A stretch of 64,000 nt of DNA from Candidatus Eiseniibacteriota bacterium (GTDB lineage: Bacteria; Eisenbacteria; RBG-16-71-46): contig JBGQIE010000001.1 in assembly GCA_041498315.1 (NCBI GenBank), positions 5,536 through 69,535 on the forward strand, in the 5' to 3' direction. Below are positions 18,183-30,044 of the stretch, piece by piece. Position 1 is the first letter of the stretch, and every line of letters begins with the position of its first letter. A model generated the notes under the pieces. The model searched no databases and had not been told where the DNA came from. It was given only the letters and a program-made list of their open reading frames with translations. A program made the position numbers and the translations under genes.

Positions 18183-19903
18183 ACTCGCTGCGCTCGCGGA
18201 TCATCCTCGGCTCGGCCCTGGTGGCGCTGGTCCCGCTGGCCATCGCGATGATCGTGCTGTCCGCGCGCATCCAGGCCACGGTCCGCGGTCAGGCGGCCGA
18301 GCGGCTCGGGGCCGCCCTGGGCCGGATGGAGGCCCAGCTGCGCTCGGATGGAGAGCGCACCGCAGGGAAGCTCGAGATCCTGGCCCGGGACCCCTCGCTC
18401 AAGCGCCTCTATCTGGTCCAGCCCCTCGGCGTGCGCGACCTCTCGGACTACCTGGCGGAGAAGCGCTTCCTGCTCGCGCTCGATTTCCTCGAGGTCGCCG
18501 ACAGCAGCGGGGCCCTGGTCGCGGACGGCGTCTCGGCCGCCGCGGCCCAGGCGAGCCCGGCATCCTGGAGACCCGGTGGGGCGAGCGAGCGCGGCGCCGC
18601 GGGCGTCGCGGTCGTGCACGTCGAAGGCGCCCCGGCCCTCGCCCTGGCCGCGTGGGCGCCGATCCGCTATCAGAGCGCGATCGTCGGGAGGCTGCGCGGC
18701 GGCGTGCTCATGGACAGCGCGTTCCTCGCCCGGCTCAAGGAAACGAGCGGCGTCGATCTGGCGCTGCGCGATGCGAACGGCGCGCTCGTCGCCGCGACCC
18801 TCGAGGGCGTGAACGGGCGCGGGCTGCCCGCCCCCGGCGCGGTCGCGCCGGTGCGCGTCGCGGGCCGCTCCTACTGGAGCCGCGGCTTCGCGCTCGAGCC
18901 GGGGCCGGGTTCGGGACCCGCGGCGAGCGTCCTCGGACTGGTCTCGACCGCCGCCGCCGACCAGACGATCGCGGCACTCCGGCTGGCCTCGGGCGTCCTG
19001 GCCCTGCTCGGGCTCGCGATCGCCGTGGTGCTGGGCTGGGTGTGGTCGCTCCAGGTGACGCGGCCGGTCGAGCGCCTCGCGCGGTTCTCGGAGCGCATCG
19101 CCCAGGGGCACTGGGACGAGCCCATCGTGCTGCGCAGCGTGCGCGAGCTCCAGCCCCTGGTGTCCGCGCTCGATCGCATGCGGGCGAACCTGGTGAGCTA
19201 CCGCGACCGGCTGGTCGCGAGCGAGCGCCAGGCGGCCTGGAGCCAGATGGCGCGCCTGGTCGCGCATGAGATCAAGAATCCGCTCACTCCCATCGCGGTG
19301 TCGGTCGCCGATCTCAAGCGCAGCTTCGAGCGCGACCGCGCCGACTTTCCGGAGATCCTCGACCAGGCCGCGCGAACCATCACCGAGCAGGTCGAGAGCC
19401 TCAAACGCATCCTTCAGGAATTCTCCGATTTCGCCCGCCTTCCGGATGCGCGCTTCGCGCCCTGCCGGCTCTCCGGACTGTGGTCCGATCTGGCGACCCT
19501 CTACGGGCGCGAGATCGCCGCGGGCCGCCTCGGTCTGGCGGAGCCGGCGGCGGACCCGGAGTTCAGCGCGGATCCGGGCCAGCTGCGCCAGGCGCTCGTC
19601 AACCTGATCAAGAACGGGCTCGAAGCCGTGGAGGCGGAGGCGGTCGGGCGCGTCGAGGTTTCGGCCCGCGTCGAGGACGGCGCGCTCGAGATCAGCGTGA
19701 CCGACACCGGCCCCGCGTTGAGCGCGGAGCAACGGGCCCGGCTCTTCACGCCCGACTTCACGACCAAGCTGCACGGCAGCGGGCTCGGGCTCACCATCGT
19801 CGAGCGCATCGTGCGCGAGCACCGCGGCACCATCGCGGTCGAGGCCGGGGCCGGCCGCGGCACGCGCTTTCGCGTGCGCATTCCCCGCACCCAGGAGGCT
19901 TGA
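18179..19903 (+). CDS. sensor histidine kinase (NtrB/AtoS-like; TM-HAMP-HisKA-HATPase)
   Basis: Two TM segments flank a periplasmic region. HAMP, H-box AHEIKNPLTPI, and N/G1/G2 boxes (GSGLGLTIV) are present. Confidence 0.85.
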   Translation: MNSLRSRIILGSALVALVPLAIAMIVLSARIQATVRGQAAERLGAALGRMEAQLRSDGERTAGKLEILARDPSLKRLYLVQPLGVRDLSDYLAEKRFLLALDFLEVADSSGALVADGVSAAAAQASPASWRPGGASERGAAGVAVVHVEGAPALALAAWAPIRYQSAIVGRLRGGVLMDSAFLARLKETSGVDLALRDANGALVAATLEGVNGRGLPAPGAVAPVRVAGRSYWSRGFALEPGPGSGPAASVLGLVSTAAADQTIAALRLASGVLALLGLAIAVVLGWVWSLQVTRPVERLARFSERIAQGHWDEPIVLRSVRELQPLVSALDRMRANLVSYRDRLVASERQAAWSQMARLVAHEIKNPLTPIAVSVADLKRSFERDRADFPEILDQAARTITEQVESLKRILQEFSDFARLPDARFAPCRLSGLWSDLATLYGREIAAGRLGLAEPAADPEFSADPGQLRQALVNLIKNGLEAVEAEAVGRVEVSARVEDGALEISVTDTGPALSAEQRARLFTPDFTTKLHGSGLGLTIVERIVREHRGTIAVEAGAGRGTRFRVRIPRTQEA

Positions 19904-19905
19904 GC

Positions 19906-21240
<1,335 letters not shown>

Positions 21241-21268
21241 GCGGCGCGGGCCGCGCGCCGCGAGCGGA

Positions 21269-21679
21269 TCACGTGCGGCGGCGGGAGGTCCGCGGCTTCC
21301 AGCGGTGGCTGACCATGCGAACCCGGCCCCGGGCGTCGAAGCGCACCCCTTCGCGCTCGAGCCGCATGCGCTGGGTGAGGCCGCCGGCCGGGTCCCTGCG
21401 CGCGAGGCTCAGCCGGCCCACCACGTTCACCACGCGATGCCAGGGCAGCGAGTCGGGAATGGACGCATGGAGCGCGTAGCCGACGAGCCGCGCCTGTCGT
21501 GGCAGCCCGGCGACGTCCGCGACCTGGCCGTACGAGGCCACGCGCCCGCGCGGGATGCGCCGGATCACCGCCCAGATGCGCGTGTAGGAGCTGGAGGATG
21601 CCGGCCGCGCGGACCCGGGTGCCGCGCCACGAGCGCGCGCGAGGCGTCCCGGCCGGCGTGGGGAGCAGGCCAGCGTCAC
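21269..21679 (-). CDS. alkyltransferase-like protein (MGMT DNA-binding domain with PWHRVV in place of the catalytic PCHR)
   Basis: YTRIWAVIRRIPRGRVASYGQVA...LPWHRVVN. The start may lie further downstream; as called, it overlaps the VOC gene stop (ATGA). Confidence 0.55.
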   Translation of the reverse strand: MTLACSPRRPGRLARARGAAPGSARPASSSSYTRIWAVIRRIPRGRVASYGQVADVAGLPRQARLVGYALHASIPDSLPWHRVVNVVGRLSLARRDPAGGLTQRMRLEREGVRFDARGRVRMVSHRWKPRTSRRRT

Positions 21680-22173
21680 GGCTCGCGCAACAGGGAGGCG
21701 AGGTCGAGCGCGCGCGTGAACATCGCGACGCCACCGTCGGCCGAACGCGGCCAGGCCTCGCGCGGGCGATCCCAGTAGAGCTCGACACCGTTCTGGTCCG
21801 GATCGCGCAGGTAGAGCGCCTCGCTCACGCCGTGGTCGCTCGCGCCATCGAGGAGGATCTTCGCCCGCTGGAGCCGGCGCAGCGCGTCGGCGAGTGCTGC
21901 GCGCGTCGGGTAGAGGATGGCGACGTGGTACAGGCCGGTCGCATCCGGCGGCGGCGGCGAGCCGCCCTGGCTCTCCCAGGTGTTGAGCCCGATGTGATGG
22001 TGGTAGCCGCCGGCCGAGACGAACGCGGCACCCGGACCGTAGCGCTGGGTGAGCTCGAAGCCCAGCACGCCGCAGTAGAAGGCGAGCGAGCGCTCGAGGT
22101 CGGCGACCTTGAGGTGAACGTGGCCGATCCTGGTCCCGGGATCGATCGGGTTGGCGTCCGGCTTGGCTTTCAT
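21676..22173 (-). CDS. VOC family protein (glyoxalase/bleomycin resistance/dioxygenase fold)
   Basis: GHVHLKVADLERSLAFYCGVLGFEL and paired beta-alpha-beta-beta-beta modules. Confidence 0.75.
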   Translation of the reverse strand: MKAKPDANPIDPGTRIGHVHLKVADLERSLAFYCGVLGFELTQRYGPGAAFVSAGGYHHHIGLNTWESQGGSPPPPDATGLYHVAILYPTRAALADALRRLQRAKILLDGASDHGVSEALYLRDPDQNGVELYWDRPREAWPRSADGGVAMFTRALDLASLLREP

Positions 22174-22186
22174 CCGCGTCCTCCGT

Positions 22187-22933
22187 TCAGCGCGCCGCCG
22201 GGCTCCCCCACCCCGCGCCCGATCCGGTCCAGGTCTGCTTGCCGACCGGCAGGTGGCCCACGTCGCTGAACATCACGAGCCGCGTCGTGCCGTCGGAGCG
22301 CACCGCGATCACGCTCAGCGACCCGTTCGCGATCTCCATGTGCCGCCAGCGTCGGGTGTCCGCGCCCAGCGCGCGGCTCACGAACCAGCGGATGACGTTG
22401 CCGTGGCACACCAGCACGTCGCGCGCGTCGGTCCCGGGCGAGGGCCGGGCGTACTTCGCCCACGCGGCGGCGAGCGTCGAGTCGCACGACTCGAAGTCCT
22501 CGGTCTCCATGTCGCCCGTGGTCGGGGCATGGTCGGAGGCGGGCGTGCACTCGTGGATGAGCGAGTCGCGCGCCGGCGTCATCTCGAGCGCCCGGCCGAT
22601 GATATCGGCGGTCTCCCGGGCGCGGGTGTAATCGCTGGTCACGAGCGATGTCGCCTTCACCGGCAGCTTCGCGAGCCGGGCCCCCACGAGCTTCGCCTGC
22701 TCGCGCCCCAGCGCGTTGAGGCCGTTGCCCACGCGGTCGTCGGCGCGATCGTCGCGGTCGTAGTCCCCGTGCCGCACCAGGTAGAGGTAGCGCACCCCGG
22801 GAGCCGGCCGCGGCGGGTCCGCGGCCTGGGCACCCGATGCGGCGAGGAGGAAGGCGGCGACCGCCCATCCCCAGCCTCTTATCCTTCCCGCCCCTGGCCC
22901 CGGACCCGATCGCCCGACGTGTTGAGCCGCCAT
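22187..22933 (-). CDS. histidine phosphatase family protein (phosphoglycerate-mutase-like), secreted
   Basis: LVRHGDY RHG motif, a second catalytic His in VCHGNVIRW, and a signal peptide. Confidence 0.7.
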   Translation of the reverse strand: MAAQHVGRSGPGPGAGRIRGWGWAVAAFLLAASGAQAADPPRPAPGVRYLYLVRHGDYDRDDRADDRVGNGLNALGREQAKLVGARLAKLPVKATSLVTSDYTRARETADIIGRALEMTPARDSLIHECTPASDHAPTTGDMETEDFESCDSTLAAAWAKYARPSPGTDARDVLVCHGNVIRWFVSRALGADTRRWRHMEIANGSLSVIAVRSDGTTRLVMFSDVGHLPVGKQTWTGSGAGWGSPAAR

Positions 22934-23065
22934 GGCGGCGCATCGTACTCCGCTCGTGAACGGGGCGCCACGCGACCGGCCTTGCGAGGGCACGGGCGAG
23001 CCTGTACTGATGGCGCGGTCTCACCGCGCCCGGGATCCCGATCACGCCCGCTGGGAGTGTCCGCC

Positions 23066-24334
<1,269 letters not shown>

Positions 24335-24380
24335 GATCGGTCACCGGCCCGCGCCACGGCCCACCGTAGGAGAGCCCTCG

Positions 24381-25067
24381 ATGAACCCGCTTCGACTCAC
24401 CCTGACCGCCGCCGCGTTTCTCGTGCTCGCCGCCCCGGGACAGCCCCGGGCGTCCGCGCCTCCCGGCGTCGATACGCGCCCCGCGCAGCTTCCGGTCGCC
24501 CGGCCCGGCGAAGCGACCGCCACGTTCGCCGGCGGCTGCTTCTGGTGCATGGAGACGGCGTTCGAGGGCGTGCCCGGGATTCGAAGCGCCACCTCGGGCT
24601 ACTGCGGCGGCACCGAGCAGCATCCGACCTACGAGGAGGTGGGCGCCGGGAACACCGGCCACGCGGAGAGCGTCCAGGTCATCTTCAATCCGCGGATCAT
24701 CAGCTACGCAAGCGTGCTCGAGCTCTACTGGCACAACAGCGACCCGTTCTCGGCCGAGGGTCAGTTCTGCGACCGTGGGCACCAGTACCGCCCGGCGATC
24801 TTCTACCATGACCAGGCCCAGCACCGGCTCGCCGAGCGGACGAAGCAGAGCATCGAGGCGCGCTTCGAGAAGCGGGTGGTCACCGAGATCGTGGCCTACC
24901 GGGAGTTCTGGCCCGCCGAGAACTACCACCAGGACTTCTACAAGAAGGACCCGGAGCGCTACCACTCCTACCGCGAGGGCTGCGGGCGCGACCAGCGGCT
25001 GCGCGAGTTGTGGGGCAAGGACGCGGGCCGGGTCGAGGCCGCGGCCGGCGCCCCGGCGCGGCACTGA
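24381..25067 (+). CDS. msrA: peptide-methionine (S)-S-oxide reductase MsrA with signal peptide
   Basis: GCFWCME active-site motif and conserved YHQDFY. Confidence 0.9.
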   Translation: MNPLRLTLTAAAFLVLAAPGQPRASAPPGVDTRPAQLPVARPGEATATFAGGCFWCMETAFEGVPGIRSATSGYCGGTEQHPTYEEVGAGNTGHAESVQVIFNPRIISYASVLELYWHNSDPFSAEGQFCDRGHQYRPAIFYHDQAQHRLAERTKQSIEARFEKRVVTEIVAYREFWPAENYHQDFYKKDPERYHSYREGCGRDQRLRELWGKDAGRVEAAAGAPARH

Positions 25068-25086
25068 CCCCCGGGGCGCCGCCCGC

Positions 25087-26418
25087 TCAGCGCTTTCCGG
25101 CCGTCGGCTGCTCGCCGGGCATGCGGCGCACCGCGTGGTCCGCAGCCTCGAAGTGGAGCGGCGGCGGCTCGTCGGTGATCAGGTATTCGAGCCGGCGGCG
25201 GAACTCCTCGAGCGTGATGCCCGCGGTCGCCGCGAACTTGGCCAGCTCGTGCGGATCCTCGAAATCGTCGCGGCGCAGCCGGATCATGTAGCGCCGCGCA
25301 ATCGCGTAGCGCGTCGAGTGGATGTCGACCATGCGGATGCGCGCGCGCCCGGTCCCCGAGTCGAGCAGCTGATGGAACGGGATGGGCACGAACTGGCCGG
25401 CCTGCATCGAAATCAGTGCTGCGCTCCCGCCCTCGATGAGGTACTTGGCGGCGCAGTAGCCGAGGTCGCGGGTGTACTCCATGTCGAAGGGGATCGGGTC
25501 GGCGCAGCGCAGCTCGTAGCCGATGTTCTTGGCCACGATCGTGGTCTCGATGCCGAGGTCGCGCAGGTGGTGCTGGACCTCGCGCTTGAGGATCTCCCCG
25601 ATGTTGACCTCGTCGATGCGCACGTTGCCGTGGGCGTCACGCTCGACGTCCTCGAGGTGCGCAAGGTCCTGCGGGTCGATCCCCAGGACCACACCCTCGG
25701 CGATCACCGCCACCCCGTCGCGGCGCCCGTAGCTCAGGCGCTTGATGATCGAGCCCACCAGGGTGTCGACCAGGGTCTTGAGCTTGATGGGCCGCTGCTC
25801 GAACTCCTCGGGAATCAGGGTGATCGTGGAGCCGGCGCCCTTGCCGATCCCGAGCGCCAGGTGGCCCGCCTTGCGGCCCATCGAAATGACGAAGTACCAG
25901 CGCGAGGTGGTGCGGGCGTCCACCATGAGGTTCTTGACGATCTCGGCCCCGTGGTGACGCGCGGTCTGGTAGCCGAACGTGTCCACGTTGGGCGGCAGGT
26001 CGAGGTCGTTGTCGATGGACTTGGGGACGTGGACGATCTGCATGCGTCCCGCGGCATGCTCCTCGATCTTCATCGCCGAGAACGCGGTGTCGTCCCCGCC
26101 GATCGTGATGAGCTGCGAGACGTTCATCCGGAGCAGCGCGAGCACGGTCTGCTCGATGTACTGCGGCGTCGTGGTCGGGTTGGCGCGCGAGATGCCGATG
26201 AACGAGCCGCCCCGGAAGTGGATGCGGCTCACGGCGTCGATCGTGAGCGGGTGCACGTGCTCGACATTGCCCTGCATGAGCCACTCGAAGCCGTCCTCGA
26301 TGCCGAGCACCTCGACCTCGTCGAGCGCGGCGCGGATGGTCGCGGCGCCGATCACGCTGTTGATCCCGGGCGCGGGTCCGCCGCCGACCAGGATCGCGAG
26401 CGTCTTTCGGTGGGTCAT
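25087..26418 (-). CDS. pfp: pyrophosphate-dependent 6-phosphofructokinase
   Basis: PFK fold with GGDDT (Asp in place of the ATP-PFK Gly), PKSIDNDL and MGRKAGHLAL motifs. Confidence 0.85.
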   Translation of the reverse strand: MTHRKTLAILVGGGPAPGINSVIGAATIRAALDEVEVLGIEDGFEWLMQGNVEHVHPLTIDAVSRIHFRGGSFIGISRANPTTTPQYIEQTVLALLRMNVSQLITIGGDDTAFSAMKIEEHAAGRMQIVHVPKSIDNDLDLPPNVDTFGYQTARHHGAEIVKNLMVDARTTSRWYFVISMGRKAGHLALGIGKGAGSTITLIPEEFEQRPIKLKTLVDTLVGSIIKRLSYGRRDGVAVIAEGVVLGIDPQDLAHLEDVERDAHGNVRIDEVNIGEILKREVQHHLRDLGIETTIVAKNIGYELRCADPIPFDMEYTRDLGYCAAKYLIEGGSAALISMQAGQFVPIPFHQLLDSGTGRARIRMVDIHSTRYAIARRYMIRLRRDDFEDPHELAKFAATAGITLEEFRRRLEYLITDEPPPLHFEAADHAVRRMPGEQPTAGKR

Positions 26419-26497
26419 CGTCTTGCCTCCAGTGCGGGGTGGAGTGGATTGTTGACGGCGCCCGCGCGGGGGTCAAGCGGGGCGACCGGGCCCGCCT

Positions 26498-27448
26498 TCA
26501 GCGGCCGGAGGCGCTCCGCAGCACGAACCACAGATTGGCGGGGCGCTCGGCGAGGCGGCGCATGTACCAGGGGAACCACGCGCGGCCATACGAGATGAGC
26601 ACCCGGACGCGGAAACCTTCGGCCGCGAGCCGTACCTGCTCCTCGCGCCGGATGCCGTAGAGCATCTGGAACTCGAACGCGTCACGGGGAATTCCCCGCG
26701 CCGCGGCGAGCCGGCCCAGGTGGCGAATGGCCGCCAGGTCGTGGGTACCGAACGCGAGCCGCCCGATGGATCCGGCCGCCGCCTCCAGCATGCGCTCGGC
26801 GAGCGCCACGAAGCTCGCATCCACCTCGGACTTCCTGGCGAAGGCGAGCGCGGGCGGCTCGGCGTAAGCGCCCTTGACGAGCCTGATCCGCGGCTCGCGT
26901 CCGGCCGCGGCGAGCAGCGCCTCGAGGTCGGCGGCGGTGCGCCGCAGGTAGGCCTGGACGCACACGCCGGTGTTGAGGCGCGTGGCGCGCACCCGGCGGT
27001 AGAGGTCGAGCGTGGCCTGGGTGTGCGCGCTGTCCTCCATGTCCACCCACACGCAGCGCGCGCGCGCGGCGGCCCGGCCGGCGATGTCCTCGAGGCCCGC
27101 CGCCACCAGCTCGCCGCCCACCCCGAGCCCGAGATGCGTCGGCTTGACGGAGATCTCGGTGTCGAGGCCGCGCCGCGCGATCTCCTCGAGCACGCCGGCG
27201 TATTGGGCGACGATCTCGCGCGCCTCCTCGGCTCGCGTGACGTCCTCGCCCAGCAGGGTCACGACGCTGCCGATGCCGCGCTCGCGCAGACGCTCGCAGG
27301 CGTCGAGCGCCTCGGCCAGGGACTCCCCGGGCATGAAGCGCGTCACCGCGCGGCGGATGAAGGGAACGCGCGGCAGGCGCCGCCGCAGCGTGGAACTGCG
27401 GGAAGCCCACAGCAGGCCCGAGCGCAGGCCCGCGCTCGCCAGGCCCAT
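26498..27448 (-). CDS. proline dehydrogenase (monofunctional ProDH family)
   Basis: C-terminal WFPWYMRRLAERPANLWFVL motif and TIM-barrel ProDH pattern. Confidence 0.75.
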   Translation of the reverse strand: MGLASAGLRSGLLWASRSSTLRRRLPRVPFIRRAVTRFMPGESLAEALDACERLRERGIGSVVTLLGEDVTRAEEAREIVAQYAGVLEEIARRGLDTEISVKPTHLGLGVGGELVAAGLEDIAGRAAARARCVWVDMEDSAHTQATLDLYRRVRATRLNTGVCVQAYLRRTAADLEALLAAAGREPRIRLVKGAYAEPPALAFARKSEVDASFVALAERMLEAAAGSIGRLAFGTHDLAAIRHLGRLAAARGIPRDAFEFQMLYGIRREEQVRLAAEGFRVRVLISYGRAWFPWYMRRLAERPANLWFVLRSASGR

Positions 27449-27451
27449 GCG

Positions 27452-28087
27452 CTAGGCGCCCCCGCCCGTCGTGGCGAGGAGCCGCCGGCGGAGGCCGGCC
27501 GAAGCACGCGCGGGGGGCGCGCTCAGGGCGATAAGAAGGTGCGCGGGCGCGGTCCGCCCGCCGAAGGCCGCGCAGGCATTTCGCAGGCGGGCGCTCGCGA
27601 CCGCCCGGTCCCAGCCCAGGCTCGCCGCCACGTCGGCCCGGGTGTAGCCCTCGAAATACACCATCTCGAGCACGAGCCGCTCTTCGCCCGGCAGCCGCTC
27701 GATCGCCTCGCTAACCGCCGCCCGGAGGGACTCGAGATCGGCCAGGGCCTCGTTCCCCGCCGCGCCGCTCGCGTCGGCGGACCCGGGGCCGGCCGGGTGG
27801 CGCCGCCGCACCAGGGCGATCGCGCGCTTCCCGGATCGAACCAGCGCCAGCTCGCGGCAGCGCCGCACCAGTGCCAGCGGGGACTCGAGGCTCACGCGGG
27901 GTTCGTCCCGCCGCGCCTGGGCGATCGTGTCCTCGACCACGTCCTCCGCGTCGCGCGCGCTTCCGGTGATCCGGAGCGCCAGCCCGTAGAGCGCCTCGAT
28001 CGCGCTCTCGTGAAGCGCGCTGCGGGCCTCCCGGGCCGGCCCGGCCGGGCGCCCCGGGGGCGCGATGGCGGGCTCAGGCTGGGGCAT
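27452..28087 (-). CDS. RNA polymerase ECF-type sigma factor (sigma-70 region 2 and region 4)
   Basis: Region 2 ALYGLALRITGSARDAEDVVEDT and region 4 LPGEERLVLEMVYFEGYTRADVAASLG. The stop is 3 nt before the ProDH start. Confidence 0.75.
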   Translation of the reverse strand: MPQPEPAIAPPGRPAGPAREARSALHESAIEALYGLALRITGSARDAEDVVEDTIAQARRDEPRVSLESPLALVRRCRELALVRSGKRAIALVRRRHPAGPGSADASGAAGNEALADLESLRAAVSEAIERLPGEERLVLEMVYFEGYTRADVAASLGWDRAVASARLRNACAAFGGRTAPAHLLIALSAPPARASAGLRRRLLATTGGGA

Positions 28088-28290
28088 GGTCGGTCTCCTT
28101 CGAGCATCGCGGGGAATCGTTTGGGAACCGATCGGAGCGTAGCGGTGGCCCCGAAGGGCCGTCAAACATGGCCCGTCACACGCCGCCCGGCAGCGCGGAG
28201 GCGCGCCGCCCCGGTTGAGCGCCGGGGCCCGCTGCGGTTACAATTGCTGCGCTCGCGGTTCGAGGGGGTGTCGCCACCCCCGGAGGCATC

Positions 28291-28914
28291 ATGCGATTCA
28301 TCTTGCTCATCATCGGCTTCCTGGGCGCGCTGATGCCCCGCGTGGCCGTCGCGGACCAGGTCTGCGACCGGCTCCTCCCCATGGGTGTGCTCGAGCCTTC
28401 GAGCGGGTTCACGAGCGGGTGCGCCCGGCAGTTCTCGCTCAAGCTCGGCGCGGTCCCCGGTCCCGACGGCAACTACATCCTGCTCGAGTACCCGGCCTGC
28501 CCGCAGGGTCCGTGCGCCGGGCTCACCTCGACCGTCCAGCTCGAGTGCGCGGCCGCGAGCGGCTACGCCTGCTGCGTGAGCAGCGACCAGCACGTTCCCA
28601 CCCTGACGGGCACCAACGTCGGGACGCTCGCGGCCGGGCTTTCCGAGCGCATCGCGCTCGACACCGACACGCGGACCGGCATCTGCTACAACACGTACGT
28701 CGGAAACGGCGCCCGGGTCGCCAACCTGCCGCTGGCGCACTTTCCCGGGGCATTGCGCAGCGAGATGGTGGTGGACCGTTTCGCCACTGTCTTCCTGGTC
28801 GCGCCCGCGGCCGGGAGCGGCCAGTCCACGACCGTCACGCTCGAGTTCCTGGCGCTCGGCGTGACGCCCGCGCGCGGCCACAGCTGGGGCGGGATCAAGC
28901 TGCTCTACCGCTAG
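28291..28914 (+). CDS. secreted cysteine-rich hypothetical protein (10 Cys)
   Basis: Signal peptide MRFILLIIGFLGALMPRVAVA. No recognisable domain. Divergent from the ECF sigma gene. Confidence 0.5.
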   Translation: MRFILLIIGFLGALMPRVAVADQVCDRLLPMGVLEPSSGFTSGCARQFSLKLGAVPGPDGNYILLEYPACPQGPCAGLTSTVQLECAAASGYACCVSSDQHVPTLTGTNVGTLAAGLSERIALDTDTRTGICYNTYVGNGARVANLPLAHFPGALRSEMVVDRFATVFLVAPAAGSGQSTTVTLEFLALGVTPARGHSWGGIKLLYR

Positions 28915-29010
28915 TTTCATCCGACGAACCGTCCGCAGGGTCCCTCCCCGCGCCCCGTCCGCCCCGGGGCCGCGGCCACGCAGGGCCCCGGCACGGTGAA
29001 AATCCCGCGC

Positions 29011-29039
29011 TTGCGTGTTCGGGTGGAAGTGCCGATATT
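29011..29039 (+). promoter_or_regulatory. weak sigma-70-like promoter candidate (TTGCGT-N17-GATATT) about 175 nt upstream of cspA, implying a long 5' leader
   Basis: Hexamers with 17-nt spacing in a relatively AT-richer 300-nt non-coding stretch. Confidence 0.2.
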
Positions 29040-29214
29040 CTCCCTGTCTTCGGTCGCCGGATGCGTACGGGACCATCCGCGCAGCAGAGATTCGCGGCGG
29101 GCGTGCGGCAAGGTCCGGGCTCGACGAAGAGCCGGTCAATAGGACCGGGTGCGGCCGTCGCTGCAGGCGGCATGGTACTGGGGCCTGGCGCCCTGACATC
29201 CAAGGAGCAAGAAC

Positions 29215-29415
29215 GTGGCTCGTGGTACGGTGAAGTGGTTCAACGAGGCGAAGGGGTTCGGGTTCATCTCGCAGGAAGGCGGCGAGGACGTGTTCGTTCA
29301 CTTCTCGGCAATCCAGGGTGAGGGATTCAAGACCCTCGCCGAAGGAGACCCGGTCGAGTTCGACGTGACCCGCGGCCCCAAGGGGCTGCAGGCCGCGAAC
29401 GTCCGCAAGGTCTAG
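29215..29415 (+). CDS. cspA: cold-shock protein, CspA family
   Basis: [15 protein letters not shown] and [11 protein letters not shown] motifs. Confidence 0.95.
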   Translation: MARGTVKWFNEAKGFGFISQEGGEDVFVHFSAIQGEGFKTLAEGDPVEFDVTRGPKGLQAANVRKV

Positions 29416-29446
29416 CTTCGCCCCGGGGGATCACCTCGTGCGGTTC

Positions 29447-29468
29447 GGGCGGCGCGACAGCGCCGCCC
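29447..29468. terminator. bidirectional terminator hairpin GGGCGGCGC-gaca-GCGCCGCCC between convergent cspA and apt
   Basis: Perfect 9-bp stem with a 4-nt loop, followed by TTC. Confidence 0.5.
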
Positions 29469-29496
29469 TTCGCACATCCGGGCGCCGCGCCGTCCG

Positions 29497-30018
29497 CTAG
29501 GCGGTCACTTCGTATTCGAGCAGTGCCTCCACCCGGCGCGGCAGGAGCTGGTCGCGGCCGCCCAGACCTTTCAGCTCGATCAGGAACAGCATGGAGTCCA
29601 CGCGCGCGCCGAGCCGCTCGACCAGGCGGGCGGCCGCGTGGGCGGTTCCGCCGGTCGCGAGCAGGTCGTCCACGATCGCCACGCGCGCGCCTGACTCGAG
29701 GGCGTCGGCGTGGATCTCGAGCGCATCCTCCCCGTACTCCAGGGCGTAGCGCTCGCGCAGGGTCTTGCCGGGGAGCTTCCCGAATTTGCGCGCCGGGATG
29801 AGCGGCACCTTCCAGTGCAGCGCGAGTCCGGTGCCGAAGACAAACCCGCGCGATTCGATCGCGACCACGGCGTCGGGGCGCGCGGCGCGCGCGGCGAGCC
29901 CCTGGATGCTGGCCGCCAGCGCGCTCGGGCTCTGGAGCAGCGGCGTGATGTCCTTGAACACGATGCCGTGCTCGGGAAAGTCCGGCACGTCGCGGATATG
30001 GCGGCGCAGGTCGTTCAT
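29497..30018 (-). CDS. apt: adenine phosphoribosyltransferase
   Basis: PRTase motif VAIVDDLLATGGTA and FVFG. Confidence 0.85.
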   Translation of the reverse strand: MNDLRRHIRDVPDFPEHGIVFKDITPLLQSPSALAASIQGLAARAARPDAVVAIESRGFVFGTGLALHWKVPLIPARKFGKLPGKTLRERYALEYGEDALEIHADALESGARVAIVDDLLATGGTAHAAARLVERLGARVDSMLFLIELKGLGGRDQLLPRRVEALLEYEVTA

Positions 30019-30044
30019 CGCATGCTCCGGGTTGGAAGTAAGGG

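Noticed and set aside
28162-29301. 379-aa minus ORF spanning the Cys-rich secreted protein gene and the csp leader
   Set aside because: Low-complexity translation, and it would run through a region with clear plus-strand features (signal-peptide gene, csp leader).
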